From: Microthyrium microscopicum
Lineage: Eukaryota
NCBI GenBank assembly: GCA_010405405.1
Contig: MU004234.1
Location: 230,993-294,992 of the forward strand
Reading direction: 5' to 3'
DNA: 64,000 nt
Shown piece after piece: positions 52,601 through 64,000 of the stretch. The notes under the pieces are model-generated. The model saw only the letters and a list, made by a program, of their open reading frames with translations. It made no database searches and had not been told where the DNA came from. Position numbers and translations under genes: made by a program. The stretch's first letter is position 1. Each line of letters opens with the position of its first letter.

Positions 52601-54334
52601 ACTTTGTTCAACCGCTTGCGCATAACGGTTGCAAAATCCTTCTTAGGGTTGGTTGATGTACGCCGCACATCTTCATCCACAATTATTAGGCAGTCTTGTA
52701 AGGCAGAGCACGAGCTTTGGTGGTTGTTGTTTAGGCCGCAAGGAACTGCAGAAGAAGCAACAAAATAAACATCCGAGGAACAAACTGAAGAGCAGTTTGA
52801 GCCGCCGTCACTTAAGTTGGGGCAACATCCAGAGCCTCAAAATGGGTTGGTGCCTTGGTGGGCAGACCAAGTAGGATATTTGACGGCAGGACACAAGACC
52901 ACAGTGCAATATGAAGTGCAAAAATTGAGGGCTTATGGTTGGACAGAGGGCGAAAATGGATAGTCGACGGACCATTTGGGCGATTTGGGCGATATTGAAA
53001 GCAGACGGGAGGTTGAGGTTGAATTTCCGTAAAGAGAATAGCCCCAGGAACGGCCAGGTACGGGTGTGGCACCGGAGTCTAGGAACAGGCGGTACAACGC
53101 CCGATACCACGAATCAGCAGCTGGCTAGGTTGGTTGAAGCAAGGTCCCTGGTTCATAGGTCGATTGTTCTGTTTGTTCCATGCTGTATTAGTGTTGGTGG
53201 CTTAGAGGTGATATTGGTGTCGGTTGGCCTCGTTGGATGGGTACATGCATATCGGATGCCGCTTGTGTAGCCGGGTCTACAATTGATCTGGGCCACATAT
53301 TTGTGACGGATCTTTCAACGATTGAGTTGTCATTGACCACGTCGAGTTTGATGCAGACAAATATAGCAAGCAACAATATTTACGGCTTTACCACGTATGT
53401 TGATAATGCCAGCAAAGCAAGGCAAACGCGAGGAAGACACGAGGAGAACAACCGGAAAGGGCAGCTGCAGGGACGGTGAACATACTCGGCACTGTGACAG
53501 CTTACTCTACTACGCCCAAGACTCTGCAACCGCAAGAAATGAGATCAAAATGACAGACAGCGATCAGGTCTTTGTTATTCAGGCTCTTCAGGTTTATCCT
53601 TGGACAGTCTGTTGATTACAACGTGGGTTATTTTACTACTACTTTGTACAGGCTATGCCGCAATACAGCAATACTCTGTGCGCCCGTTCTTACTCTTTGG
53701 TTGACATGGTTGTCTCCTTGTTCTCCCTTGGAATGCTCATTGCTCGCCCCAGATGCTTGTATGATCCACCATGGTCCATGTGCCTTTTTAGTCTGTAATA
53801 ATAGACAACTAAGCTCTTGTTGTCTTCCTGGCCCATTTGGCTAATTTGACTCAATGAGTAGCTAGTCTGCCCGTCGTTGTATACCTGTTCCTCGCAATAC
53901 ATGCTTTAGTGCTTGTTGCTCCCGATCCCTCGTTCTCCCATACTCTCTTTTGCGGCTTGGATTCTTTTCTGCCTTGACTCCCTCTTCATAACCACTTTCG
54001 CTTATATTTCTTTCCGTCGTTCTTTACTATTTCAGTCTCCTCACTTTCATTCCCCAATCATCCAGTCACTCCTTTGGATTTTTCGGAACATCGTCACTGT
54101 CACCACTCTACAACTCCAACAGGCCAACGATCCGCTAATCGCCATCAAACAATTTCCCATAGACACTACAATCTAGACGATTGTTATACAGTTCCTGCAT
54201 TCCCCTCCTTGGAGCCAGTCAGAAACCTCCTAGACCGTCGATTGCATTCCTCAGCAATCCCGGCTAGTGCAGTCTCTTACCTCGCGAAACTTTCAAAACA
54301 CCATCTCCAACTTTCATATCCCATCGCCGTCGAT

Positions 54335-55719
54335 ATGAGAACGTCACTCCTTATTCTTGGTGCTGCAGCTGGTGCTGCGGTAGCCCAACCTCATGTCCAC
54401 GCGCACCACAAGCGTCACGCGCATCATCTTCATGCCGCCGAAAAACGAACCGTCGTGGAGCAGGTAGTCACGGTAACAGTTCTAACATGCGTGCTTAACG
54501 GAGTCGAAATCAGCCAAGCGGCATGCGACGAAGGTGTAAAGAATGGTACGCTTCGTATGCTCGATGATTCTACTGTCGAATTTAATCCAGTCGTCACAAG
54601 CAATGTAGCCGTAAGTTTTGTATGCCTGCTCGGTCGCTCAATGGTTGAACTAATTTTAAAAAGCAACCAGCTCCTACATCATCGCCTTCGCAAGTTGCTC
54701 AAGCTCACGCCGAGGCTCAGCCACAGCCATCTGCTGCTGCAACAACTGCTGCCCCCGCACCAGCAGCATCAACTTCTGCCGCAGTTGTAGATACTACACC
54801 AGCCCAATCAGTCAACACAAACGCGAAAGTTTCCTTCTCAACGTCCAACTCTAATGTTGCCGCACAATTCCCCAGCGGCCAACTGAGCTGCAATGAGTTC
54901 CCATCGGCCTATGGCGCACTCGCTGTTCCATGGCTAGGACTTGGAGGATGGCTCTCTGTTCAAAAGCCCGGCAATCTCAACAAGCGTGCCGGTGGATACA
55001 GCAACATCATGACCGTGGTACCAACCCAATGCGTTGGCGGAGACTGCTGCATGGAAGGTGGCTTCTGTTCTTATGCTTGCCCAAGTGGATACTTCAAGAC
55101 TCAATGGCCATCAATCCAGGGATCCACAGGCCAATCCGTCGGAGGACTCCAGTGCACTGGTGGTAAGCTCGTGCTGTCAAACCCAGAGCACAGCACTCTC
55201 TGCATGGAAGGCTCTACCCAAGTACAAGCCTGGGTCGAGAACAAGCTCAGCCAAGATGTCTCGATCTGCCAAACCAACTACCCCGGTGATGAGGCCATGA
55301 CAATTCCTCTTGTGGTCCCCGCTGGTGGAAAGGTTCAACTTGCCATCCAAGACGCTGCCACTGGCTGGAAGACTCAGTCCGGCGCTGCCACTTCCGCGCA
55401 GTACTATCTTAACCCAGCAGGTGTCGGACCCGCCAAAGCCTGCATCTGGAACGGTCAAAATACCGGAAATTGGGCTCCCATGATCATCGGTGCCGGCTAC
55501 TCCAACAACATGGCCTACGTTTCTCTATTCCAGAACCTGCCCACTCAACCCAGCGCAACCCTCGACTACAGCGTCCACGTTTCCGGCGGCTCATTCCCAT
55601 GCGCGTACCAAAACGGTCAAATCTGCGCCAACGGAAACTGCCAATCAGCACTCGCACCAGGTTCAGGATGCACAGTAGCAGCCTCAAATGGCCAGACACT
55701 TCTTTACACACTTTCATGA
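54335..55719 (+). CDS. SUN-domain cell-wall glucanase (GH132, SUN1-like)
   Basis: Signal peptide, His-rich stretch and KR sites; intron 54611-54663; FPSGQLSCNEFPSAYGA..WLGLGGW, CSYACPSGYFKTQWP..GQSVGGL, TSAQYYLN, GNWAP. Confidence 0.92.
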
Positions 55720-56647
55720 GGAGAATGAGCAAGGGAGACGCCAGAACTTCACGACATGACACCAGCTACTTTTCACCACATCCGGAGCCCATTTGACGTG
55801 TGCTATTTTCACTTCTAAACCCCGCGCTCAGTCTGGCACCGAGCAATTTCAAGACCTGCAAGATTCACAAATGCATTACAAACGGTGTTCCGTCGCACAA
55901 CCCAAGCTGCATAACAACCATTACTATCACATTCATACCGGAGTCAATCTCACACTTTCCTGCATAGCCAGGCACAATTTCTTCATGCTCAACTATTGTT
56001 TTTCACAGCAACACTGTCAAGGGAACAAAAATCCCGTGTGGAGGAAAGATGGCAGGGTGTCAATGTCGAGTTGTTCTGTGTTTTTTTTCCCTTTTGTACG
56101 TTAATTGCTTGTAGTGATACCGTTTACTTGTTACGACCAATCCAAATTTCTAGTCTTCAATCACTCTCTACTACCACGTGAACATACATTTCCCACGATT
56201 TAACATGAACAACTGTAGTTAAGTCCCAGCAAGCCATGCGAGCAAACATCAATTCCATGCTCGTGATAGGCCAAAAGTTAGCCTCTCGCTCGCGTGTGGC
56301 GGCGGGAGGCACCGCCTAGCGCACCACTAACAATAACATCCACAGAAATGTTTACTTCCTCTTTCAGAATATGATATCTCATACGCAAACAAATGTGATG
56401 GTTGCCGTCTCCATGTCGACGTAAGCTATCATTTCTGCACAGGGTATGTGCTTGCAGCATGACCTTCCAGAATCTTTCCAAAAGCATACACCTCGGTAAT
56501 TGTCCTGCGCTTTGAATCGAAAACTATAACTGTCAATCTTATTCAACAAGGATCCCAAAGCCCCAAAACATCGAGATTTTCATAAAGAGCGTTACACTTC
56601 CCCACATTGATTGGCAGACAAAGCTGCTCTTCACAACCTCGAAGGTA

Positions 56648-57505
56648 CTATAGCGTGCGACGGGGGGTAGAGGAAATAATAGCTACTACCATCTCTATAT
56701 TATTTTCTAAAAAGGTACTTCTTCCAGCATCCTCTATAGACATAATATCAAATTTTGGTATTATATTAAGGTAGTAAGACTATTTTATCTAAAAAATCAT
56801 GTCTAAGCTATTACCGTAGCTAATCCTGCATCTGCAACATTAGCTAGCCTGTTTGGGCTAGCCTTGATGCCCAAATTTAGTGATTCCGATCACTGATTTT
56901 AGGCGACCCTACCTAACACATTCTGAGTTCCGGAGTGGAGGGTCCCCTAAAGTTAGTGAGGAGAATCACTAAATTTGGGAATCGAGGCTAGCCCAAACAG
57001 GCTAGCTAATGTTGCAGATTCAGGATTAGCTACGGTAAGAAGAACTAAAAAAACTGCCTATTTAGGCAATTTTTAAGAAATAGAGTTATTATTAATTGAT
57101 ACTTCACAAGTAGCGAACTATATTATTTATTATCTTTTTTTTAGATTACGGTATTCTACTTCACGTTTTAGGCTAGGCTCGTATTTTACTTATAAGCAAG
57201 ATTTAGTGTTAAGACTTCTACTAGTTTTACTAAAACTAAATATGCAAATCTACAATTTTGGTACATATAGACTACTTTCATCTCCCTTTTCTTATTCTTG
57301 CCTACTACTACTTTTGCTCCTTCGTAGTTTCCTATCGTGATCCTTCTTAGCTACTAAGACACTCTCTTACTAGATATTATTAAGAAACGATCCTCAACCA
57401 AGACATGCTAGCTCCGTAAACCACTATTTTGGACTTCATATCGCTAAAGTGTCTATCCTAAAACTACTCAACATCATTTGCTCTACCCCCCCTCCCACGC
57501 TATGG
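56648..57505. mobile_element. Degenerate non-autonomous TIR element (AT/TpA-rich, RIP-like), TA-flanked
   Basis: Left TA|ctatagcgtgcgacggggggtagaggaaat matches the reverse complement of right atttgctctaccccccctcccacgctatgg|TA; interior is AT-rich with no track ORF. Confidence 0.75.
56814..57035. mobile_element. MITE (222 bp) with long TIRs and TA target-site duplication (Tc1/mariner-type), nested in the larger element
   Basis: TA|ccgtagctaatcctgcatctgcaacattagctagcctgtttgggctagcc... and ...ggctagcccaaacaggctagctaatgttgcagattcaggattagctacgg|TA. Confidence 0.9.
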
Positions 57506-57676
57506 TAGTTAGGGTATATGTTGCCTCATATATGGGCCAACGTCATTGATGTCACAGTCACTTATGTTCGGTGTTATTTTGAGAAAGTATATGAATTGGA
57601 TATTCCCAGCTACGGTATGCTCTTTCGATACAATGACAGATCATTTCGGAAATGAATGGCTAAGTTTTACTAAAGC

Positions 57677-58031
57677 TCAACAGCAGTGTGTAGATCCACA
57701 GCAACCGATGACACAGCCGAGATTGCAAGCTGGACAGCTTGGGTTGTTGCATGTTCCCATGCAGGTTTCGAAGAAATCGTGATCGCAGCGTTTTTCGAGT
57801 TTGTGGGTTTCGAGAGCTCGCTCTGATGATGAGGGTCGCATATGTTAGTAATGATATCTTGCTGATTCAAAGCATACACTGGCGTTCTTGTAGCATGCAC
57901 TTACTCTGGAAGGTCTCGGTTAGACCGACATAGTCAATTGGTTGGAGTACATCTGAAGTAGCTTCAACGGCCGGCATGGCAGCGGCGGAGGTGGAGAGGA
58001 GTCCAGTGATGATGGCTGAGGAGAACTTCAT
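57677..58031 (-). CDS. Secreted prepropeptide, 90 aa, with Kex2 sites and a 36-aa 10-Cys mature peptide
   Basis: Exons 58031-57905 and 57822-57677; intron gtaagt..actaac..cag. MKFSSAIITGLLSTSAAAMPAVEATSDVLQPIDYVGLTETFQKRALETHKLEKR-CDHDFFETCMGTCNNPSCPACNLGCVIGCCGSTHCC*. Confidence 0.88.
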
Positions 58032-59193
58032 TTTGAGAGCTTGGTGATCAAATGTGTTCCTAGAATGTTTCTCGATGACTTGTTTGTTCTATACTTGAGG
58101 TTCATCACAAACTCGATATTTATATCGTTACAACCCCTTTTTACTACTTCTTCCATAACATCGAGAAGATTTCATAATGCCCCCATGCTGACGTGAGTTT
58201 GGCTACAAGTCGGTGGACATGATGAACTTCCTATGTAACCATACTTCGTCTATTGTTTGAATCATTGGTGTAGCTCATTGATATCTTGACGATACTAATT
58301 TCACTGGCTATGCCTCCTGGTAGGCAATGTGGTGTTAGGCAAATATGAGGCTTTGAGAACCACGGACTTTACTCGAGTTGTCAATCCTTGAATCCCATGT
58401 CCAAAGTCCGCCGGTGTATATGTGAGGAGATCAGCGACAATTTCATGCTACACCGCTCTTCTTTCCGGTACCTTAGTGAGGCCCTTTAGGGCAGCGCTCA
58501 AGCAAAGCGAGTTGAGAAACGAGCGGGAAAGCTTAGTACAATCCACACCCGGGCCTACATACAAAGTTCATCGTATATTCACAAAGCTTTGAAAATTTGA
58601 CAGATTATAGCAACGATCCACTATCGCCCTCGATTTTGTTTCAAGAGCGCAACAAACTTCGTGGAGCCTAGGATCGTCATTGAGTGGTATACCGGTCAAC
58701 TGAGTAGGCTGAGAATCAGGTCGATGCTATAACCATTGCAAGCTAGAAAAATGTTCGAACCGAATATAAGACCCAAGCGGGCAAATAGGTTACTCTACTC
58801 ATAGCCCGCAAAGACACTATCTTTCATTAGCTGGGAGGCGTACCTAGTCGAGAGATAGAACACACCTCGAATCCTCAGCCTTATGGGCTGTAGCTGGCCC
58901 ACGCCCAGCTGCAGTGTGCAACAAACTGAATAATGACGCTAGTAGGGCGCACCATTAAATCAACACCTTGTATGTAGTTCTGTCACAATTGGGTCCCGGT
59001 TGAATTCTGTGCATACATAGGTATTTTACCAGGAGGCATGTTCCTCTTTGATTACTATCCCCATCGTAGTGTACACTTCTCTCAATCGACTCAACTTGAT
59101 CTTTGTTCCAACCTTTCACAACTTTCTCCACACTCACAGCCCGCTCGACAATAGAACGCGAATACCCGCAAAACAATACAGACAGTGGCCAGT

Positions 59194-60599
59194 ATGTCAA
59201 CTGGACAACGGTACGATGACCCCTTTCAGCACTTCACTGAGGATGACTTTACCATGTTTGCCGATTCGGCGTTCGATACTCCCGTGGCGACGTTCCGAGA
59301 AGACGACAATTTCCAACCCTTTTCGCAAGGCTTTGTAGACTGCAATCAAGACCTGGGTCTTTCCGTGTCCTCAAGGCCATACTACAACGAGCAAGCCGCA
59401 GCAACCCAAGCTCACTTCAATACTCCGTATCTTGACCAGCTCAACACTGTCGATTCTTTGCCTTGGAACAACACTGGACCGTTGCATGATATGGTGTTCT
59501 CTTCCAACATCGATAAAGAGCCTGGATCTTTCGCGTACGATTTTGAAAAGATGCCAATTGGCCAAAACAATCAGTCAACGCTTTCTTTCAACGCCTTGGA
59601 TGTCCCTTTGACAAGTTCGGACGACTCTACGACTACATGGCACTCGGAATTGAACAATGTGGAGTGCGCCCTGGATGATTCTGCCTTGACTGAGGACCGC
59701 AAGGGTCACTGCAGGACTTCAGAACTTGAACCAATAATCGACGTGAGTTTTTTTTTAGCACAACGCTAACAGGGCGCGCAGGACCTGTTGAGCACCGTAA
59801 GCCTGCCAAGAAGGAAGAAGCAGCAAAGCATGAATGCAATTCTAGAAAATGATTCGCTTCAAGAGAATGCAATTCTAGAAAATGATTCGCTTCAAGATTA
59901 TGCGCCTCCTATGCAGTCTAACACCAATTAGCAAGCAGAGCTGCCAATAAAATGAAGTGGTGTGGGCCTCAAAAATGTCACCGACAGGACTGCTCGTCGA
60001 AGGCAACTTTCAAGACCCGCTCCGCCTTGAATACCCATGTCAGGAACATTCATACCAAACCGTTGGTCTGTACATATCCGGGCTGCTTACTCCAGAAGCC
60101 CTTCGGAAAGCAATGCGACCTGAAGCGACACCGTACAACTATGCACGGCGGATTGGCCGAATATGAATGTCTCGATGTTGGTTGTCGGAGGACATTCGTC
60201 CGAAGAGATAAGATGTTGAAGCACGCTCGTGAGGAGCATGAGCTATATAAATGCTCACTCAATCATTGTACAAAGATTGTCTTTGACGCTGAGAAGCAGA
60301 AGCATATGCAAGAGTGTCACGGCAGCTATGAATGTGGCATGTACTCTTGCCTCCAAGGCAGTACCTCCAGGTTTAAACGGAAAACCCTCGAAACGCACCT
60401 TCGCTCTGCACATCAGAACAAAGCCGGTCTCGAAAGCTCTGCGGAGTATACCTGGCTTCGACTTCGGAAACATGGCGATGTCTTTACGGCCACTATGTAT
60501 CATACAGAATCTGTTCTTGGACCCCCGGATGCGTGGAAACAGTTGTATAATCCTACAGACTGTTCACACTGCGAAGCGAAGATTTCCGAGAATCTTTGA
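59194..60599 (+). CDS. C2H2 zinc-finger transcription factor (acidic N-region plus about five fingers); exon junction unresolved, possibly disrupted
   Basis: Acidic ORF 59194-59742 ends at a gtgagt donor; ORF 59952-60599 carries C-x4-C..H-x3/4-H repeats. Confidence 0.65.
59832..59897. repeat. Perfect 33-bp tandem duplication
   Basis: gaatgcaattctagaaaatgattcgcttcaaga twice in direct succession. Confidence 0.95.
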
Positions 60600-61211
60600 T
60601 CAGTAGAAATGAGATATGCCCTGTAATATCGCGCTGCGCGGATGGATTTGGTATGCCATGCACTCGTTTTGGGAGTCGAAGTACGAGTTCTGGTCATTCG
60701 GCAATGTAATGTAATCAAGATAGACAAAGTTTTCTTTTCCCATATAGTTTCGGTATCTGTGTTATCATTTAGACTGTTCCCATCTTACGTATGAAAAAAA
60801 TCACTTCCTTTCGAGTACATGTTTGCCAGGTAGGCTTTGAAGCCATCGTGAGCTAGTGCTAGGCTTGAAATGTTATATCCGGCCATCTTTAAAGATTCCA
60901 TTGGTGAATAACGTCTTCCCAAAGTCCTAAAACTAGACTTTTATGTTTGAGTTCATGGAGCTGGTGGGAGAGATGTAGTTACTGTTGACTCCCTCGGTCA
61001 GCTTTTGACCTGCATGTAGGATTCGAGCTTCCCCACAAACATTTCATGTACAAATTCATGTACGATTCCAGGTAGCCATTTACCTTGACATCGCTTTTTG
61101 AGGAATCAGGATCTTCTCGACAATTAACTACAACAAGCTTCTGGACAAATCACAAAACATCTCAAGATAATCGCTCAGCACCTACACTCACGTGAAACGC
61201 CTTGAACACGT

Positions 61212-61739
61212 ATGATACCAGTTAAAGACTTCAGCATGAGCACTTCCGCCCCCAAACCATCCAAAATCATCGGATCAAAGCAAGAAAACACAAACTACAC
61301 CGAGCGCGCGGCAGTCCGCGTAATCACGCAAAACTCTGCAAAACAAATAATCATCATCCACGCCGCCAAAGAAAACTACTACAAACTGCCCGGCGGCGGC
61401 GTTGAGCTTGAGGATACAGATCATGCGATCGCAGCTCAGCGTGAAGCCATGGAAGAAACAGGTTGCGAAGTCACCCCCGAAAGAGAGTACTTCGCCTCAG
61501 TCGAAGAATGGCGAAACGATTTACATCAGTTCTCGTACTGTTATAGGGCAACTTTGGTGAAAGATACGGGCAATGTGGAATTGACGGAGGATGAAGTTGA
61601 GGATGGATTGAAGCATGAGTGGGTTAGTGTTGAGAGTGCGTTGGAGAAAATGAAGGGTGCTGAGCCGACGAGTTTGTTGGGGAGGTTTATTAAGGAGCGA
61701 GACATCTTTTTTGTGCAGGAGTTCTTGAAGTTGGCCTAG
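61212..61739 (+). CDS. Nudix hydrolase (intronless; start 61212 or 61236)
   Basis: Nudix box LPGGGVELEDTDHAIAAQREAMEETG. Confidence 0.9.
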   Translation: MIPVKDFSMSTSAPKPSKIIGSKQENTNYTERAAVRVITQNSAKQIIIIHAAKENYYKLPGGGVELEDTDHAIAAQREAMEETGCEVTPEREYFASVEEWRNDLHQFSYCYRATLVKDTGNVELTEDEVEDGLKHEWVSVESALEKMKGAEPTSLLGRFIKERDIFFVQEFLKLA

Positions 61740-61837
61740 AATAAAAGCGGTGATATGACTTTGATTATTTCATTGCCTATGGGGCTACATGATAGCATAC
61801 CGTCCGCTGCTTTTCTCCGACTGCATGGCTTCTGAAT

Positions 61838-63059
61838 CTAGTCCATAACAAGAACACCTCGGAATCGGACCTTTCCAGAAGTCATATGTTCCAATGCCTC
61901 CTGTGCTTTGTCCAGTGGAAACTTCTCAATCATGCAGTTGACATCGAATCGCTGAGCAAATTCGATAGCTTCCTGGGTATCAAGGTTATGGCCAGACGGC
62001 CAGCCGTGAATACTTGTGGCCTTCGTGATCATAGACACACTGTTCACTGGAACATCCCCGACAGCTAATAGATCTAGTCAGAAACACGTTTTAGTTTTTG
62101 ACGACTTTACTTACGAGCGAGGATAAGAAGCTTTCCTTGCGGAGCCAAAGCTGATGTCAACGGAGTGATAAGTTCTGGGTTTGGCGCAGTGATGACAATC
62201 AAATCGGCACCACCCATTTCGTTCAATTGCTCCTGGGCCGAGGACTTGCTGCCGTCAACGTAGTCAGTGGCACCAAGATCTTTCGCGAACTTTTCCTTGG
62301 AGCCGCTGGATGAAAGAACGACCGTGCGATAACCCATTTTGCGCGAGTACTGAACGGCCAAATGACCGAGTCCGCCAAGGCCTTGGATTGCCACGATGCC
62401 GCCGGGTTGGATACTCATGTTGCGGATGCCGTTGAAGACTGTCACGCCGGCACACATCAGACTAAAAGGTGATTAGATTTGCCTCATACAAGGGATGAAA
62501 GCTTACGGAGCCATCAATGCTTTGTCCATATTCTCTGGAAGAATGACAGCCGCTTCTGAGCGAAGAGTGGTATACTCCGCATCTACATCCCATCAGTATC
62601 ATACACCCGTCAATAGAGAAGGATAACTTACAGCCACCAACACGACTCACTCCATTCACAGCACCATTCTCACAGCACTGAAACAATCCCCTGCGGCAAG
62701 AGCGACAAGTTCCATCCCATCCACCAGCCCAGGCACCACCAACGAGCATACCTTCTTTAAGGTTGTTCTTGACACCTGGACCTAAAGCTACGATGGTGCC
62801 AACAGTCTCATGGCCTGGGATCAATGGCCAATCGCTACAGCTCCAGTCAATGAAGGCTCAATAGGAAGAAGAAGGAGTATACATACATAGGCCCCATCAT
62901 GCCCTCAATGGCAAGAGAATCAGAGTGGCATACACCAGAGGTATGAACTTTGACGAGAACCTCGCCCTCTTTTGGCGTTGGGACGTCGATTTCGACAATT
63001 TCGAGTTTAGCGCCCTTGCTTTTCGCCATTGCGGCCTTGCATTTCTTTGGAATTGCCAT
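61838..63059 (-). CDS. Zinc-dependent alcohol dehydrogenase (MDR family), multi-exon
   Basis: GVCHSD, PGHE, structural-Zn CRSCRRG..CC, CAGVTVFN, QGLGGLGH, GKVRFRGVL. Confidence 0.93.
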
Positions 63060-64000
63060 TGCTAGCTTAGTATGGGATGAATTTGAGTCGAAGCTTTGAT
63101 GTTCAAGTATGACGAGAGGAAGTTGGATAAAAGTGGAATAGAAGGAGCGAGCTTAAGGTGTAGATAAGAGTATTTAAAGTGTGGGAAAGGGAAGACAAGC
63201 GTCCTTTTATAAAGTCTGATTTGATACCATTGTTTACAACGGTTGCTAGCTCTTGTGCTCTTGCCCCACCCAGCTGTTGATGTTGAATCATGTATTCACA
63301 CATGCAGCTTGCTGAGCTCACAAGCTAAGGCTATCAGAAATTGCCATCATCGTGTCTTAGCTTGCATGAATTCCTTCTAACTGCCATGCTGAAACACATA
63401 AATGGTGCTTGTTCTGCCATCTAGAGCATGCATATCGTTTTTATATGTTTGTCAGCTTGCACGGCTGGAGTATCAAAGTCACGATATCTCCGTCGGAAAA
63501 GAGCACTCCGGTCTTTATTAAACTCCCTGATTTCTTTATTGTTCAAAGCCTGCAATAAAGCCCCGCTCACCCTCTTCATCCAGACAGAACTTTTGAAATT
63601 CTCATCTAGATTTTCGGTGCTGGCCCTTTCAGTGTTGTGTCAACATGAAGCTCAAAGTTATGTTTGTTGACGATTACGTCACGCTGACGTACGGCAAATG
63701 CGATCTATGATGCTAAAAAGCTCATGCATTGTAGATTGATCTGTTTGGCTCCACTGGCGGCCGCCAGCGGGCATGACGGATGGAAAACCTGGCAAAGACC
63801 GTTGAGAAGCTGATCGCATCGACACAAGGATCTGAGTAATCTCTCTTTCCGTACATGAAAGATGCAAGGATTTCCAAAAAGATATTTATACAATACCATT
63901 CAAGAAAATCTAGCGCATTCTAACAACGCGAGCCGAACGGATCATAACTTCGACTTAAGCGCCTCTAATCTAAACTTGACATCCTTCAACGGTTTACTAA

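Noticed and set aside
50100..54300. Short ORFs upstream of the SUN gene
   Set aside because: No signal peptide plus splice model or family motif could be supported; the 54074 ORF is just an upstream extension of SUN exon 1.
59832..59897. CRISPR-like repeat
   Set aside because: Only two directly adjacent copies with no spacer, in a eukaryotic locus with no cas genes.

Overview
Eukaryotic DNA from a filamentous ascomycete (short GT-AG introns with CTRAC branch points); no rRNA, confident tRNA or CRISPR array was seen. Left to right: a giant DUF6606/DUF3638-type ORF (>2100 codons, runs off the left edge, absent from the ORF track); PEP carboxykinase; a small GPI-type protein with a duplicated last exon; a complete carotenoid/retinal/rhodopsin cluster (carO, carRA, carX, carB); then panB/ECM31, a small membrane protein, ICP55, a DOMON/cytochrome b561 protein, a class III sirtuin, DBF4, PAN2, an MHP1-like LRR protein, an SRPK-like kinase interrupted by a MITE, and RPL5. 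The right part (48.1-59 kb) is gene-sparse. It holds a SUN/GH132 gene, a nested TIR-element relic, and two spliced genes for tiny secreted cysteine-rich peptides (8 Cys; 10 Cys behind Kex2 sites) that are not in the ORF track. A C2H2 zinc-finger gene, a Nudix hydrolase and a Zn alcohol dehydrogenase end the window. The most novel-looking items are the two hidden Cys-rich peptides and a CCGTAGCT-ended MITE family whose kinase copy could be spliced out in frame. Gene models were built by hand and family calls rest on motif recognition, not database searches.
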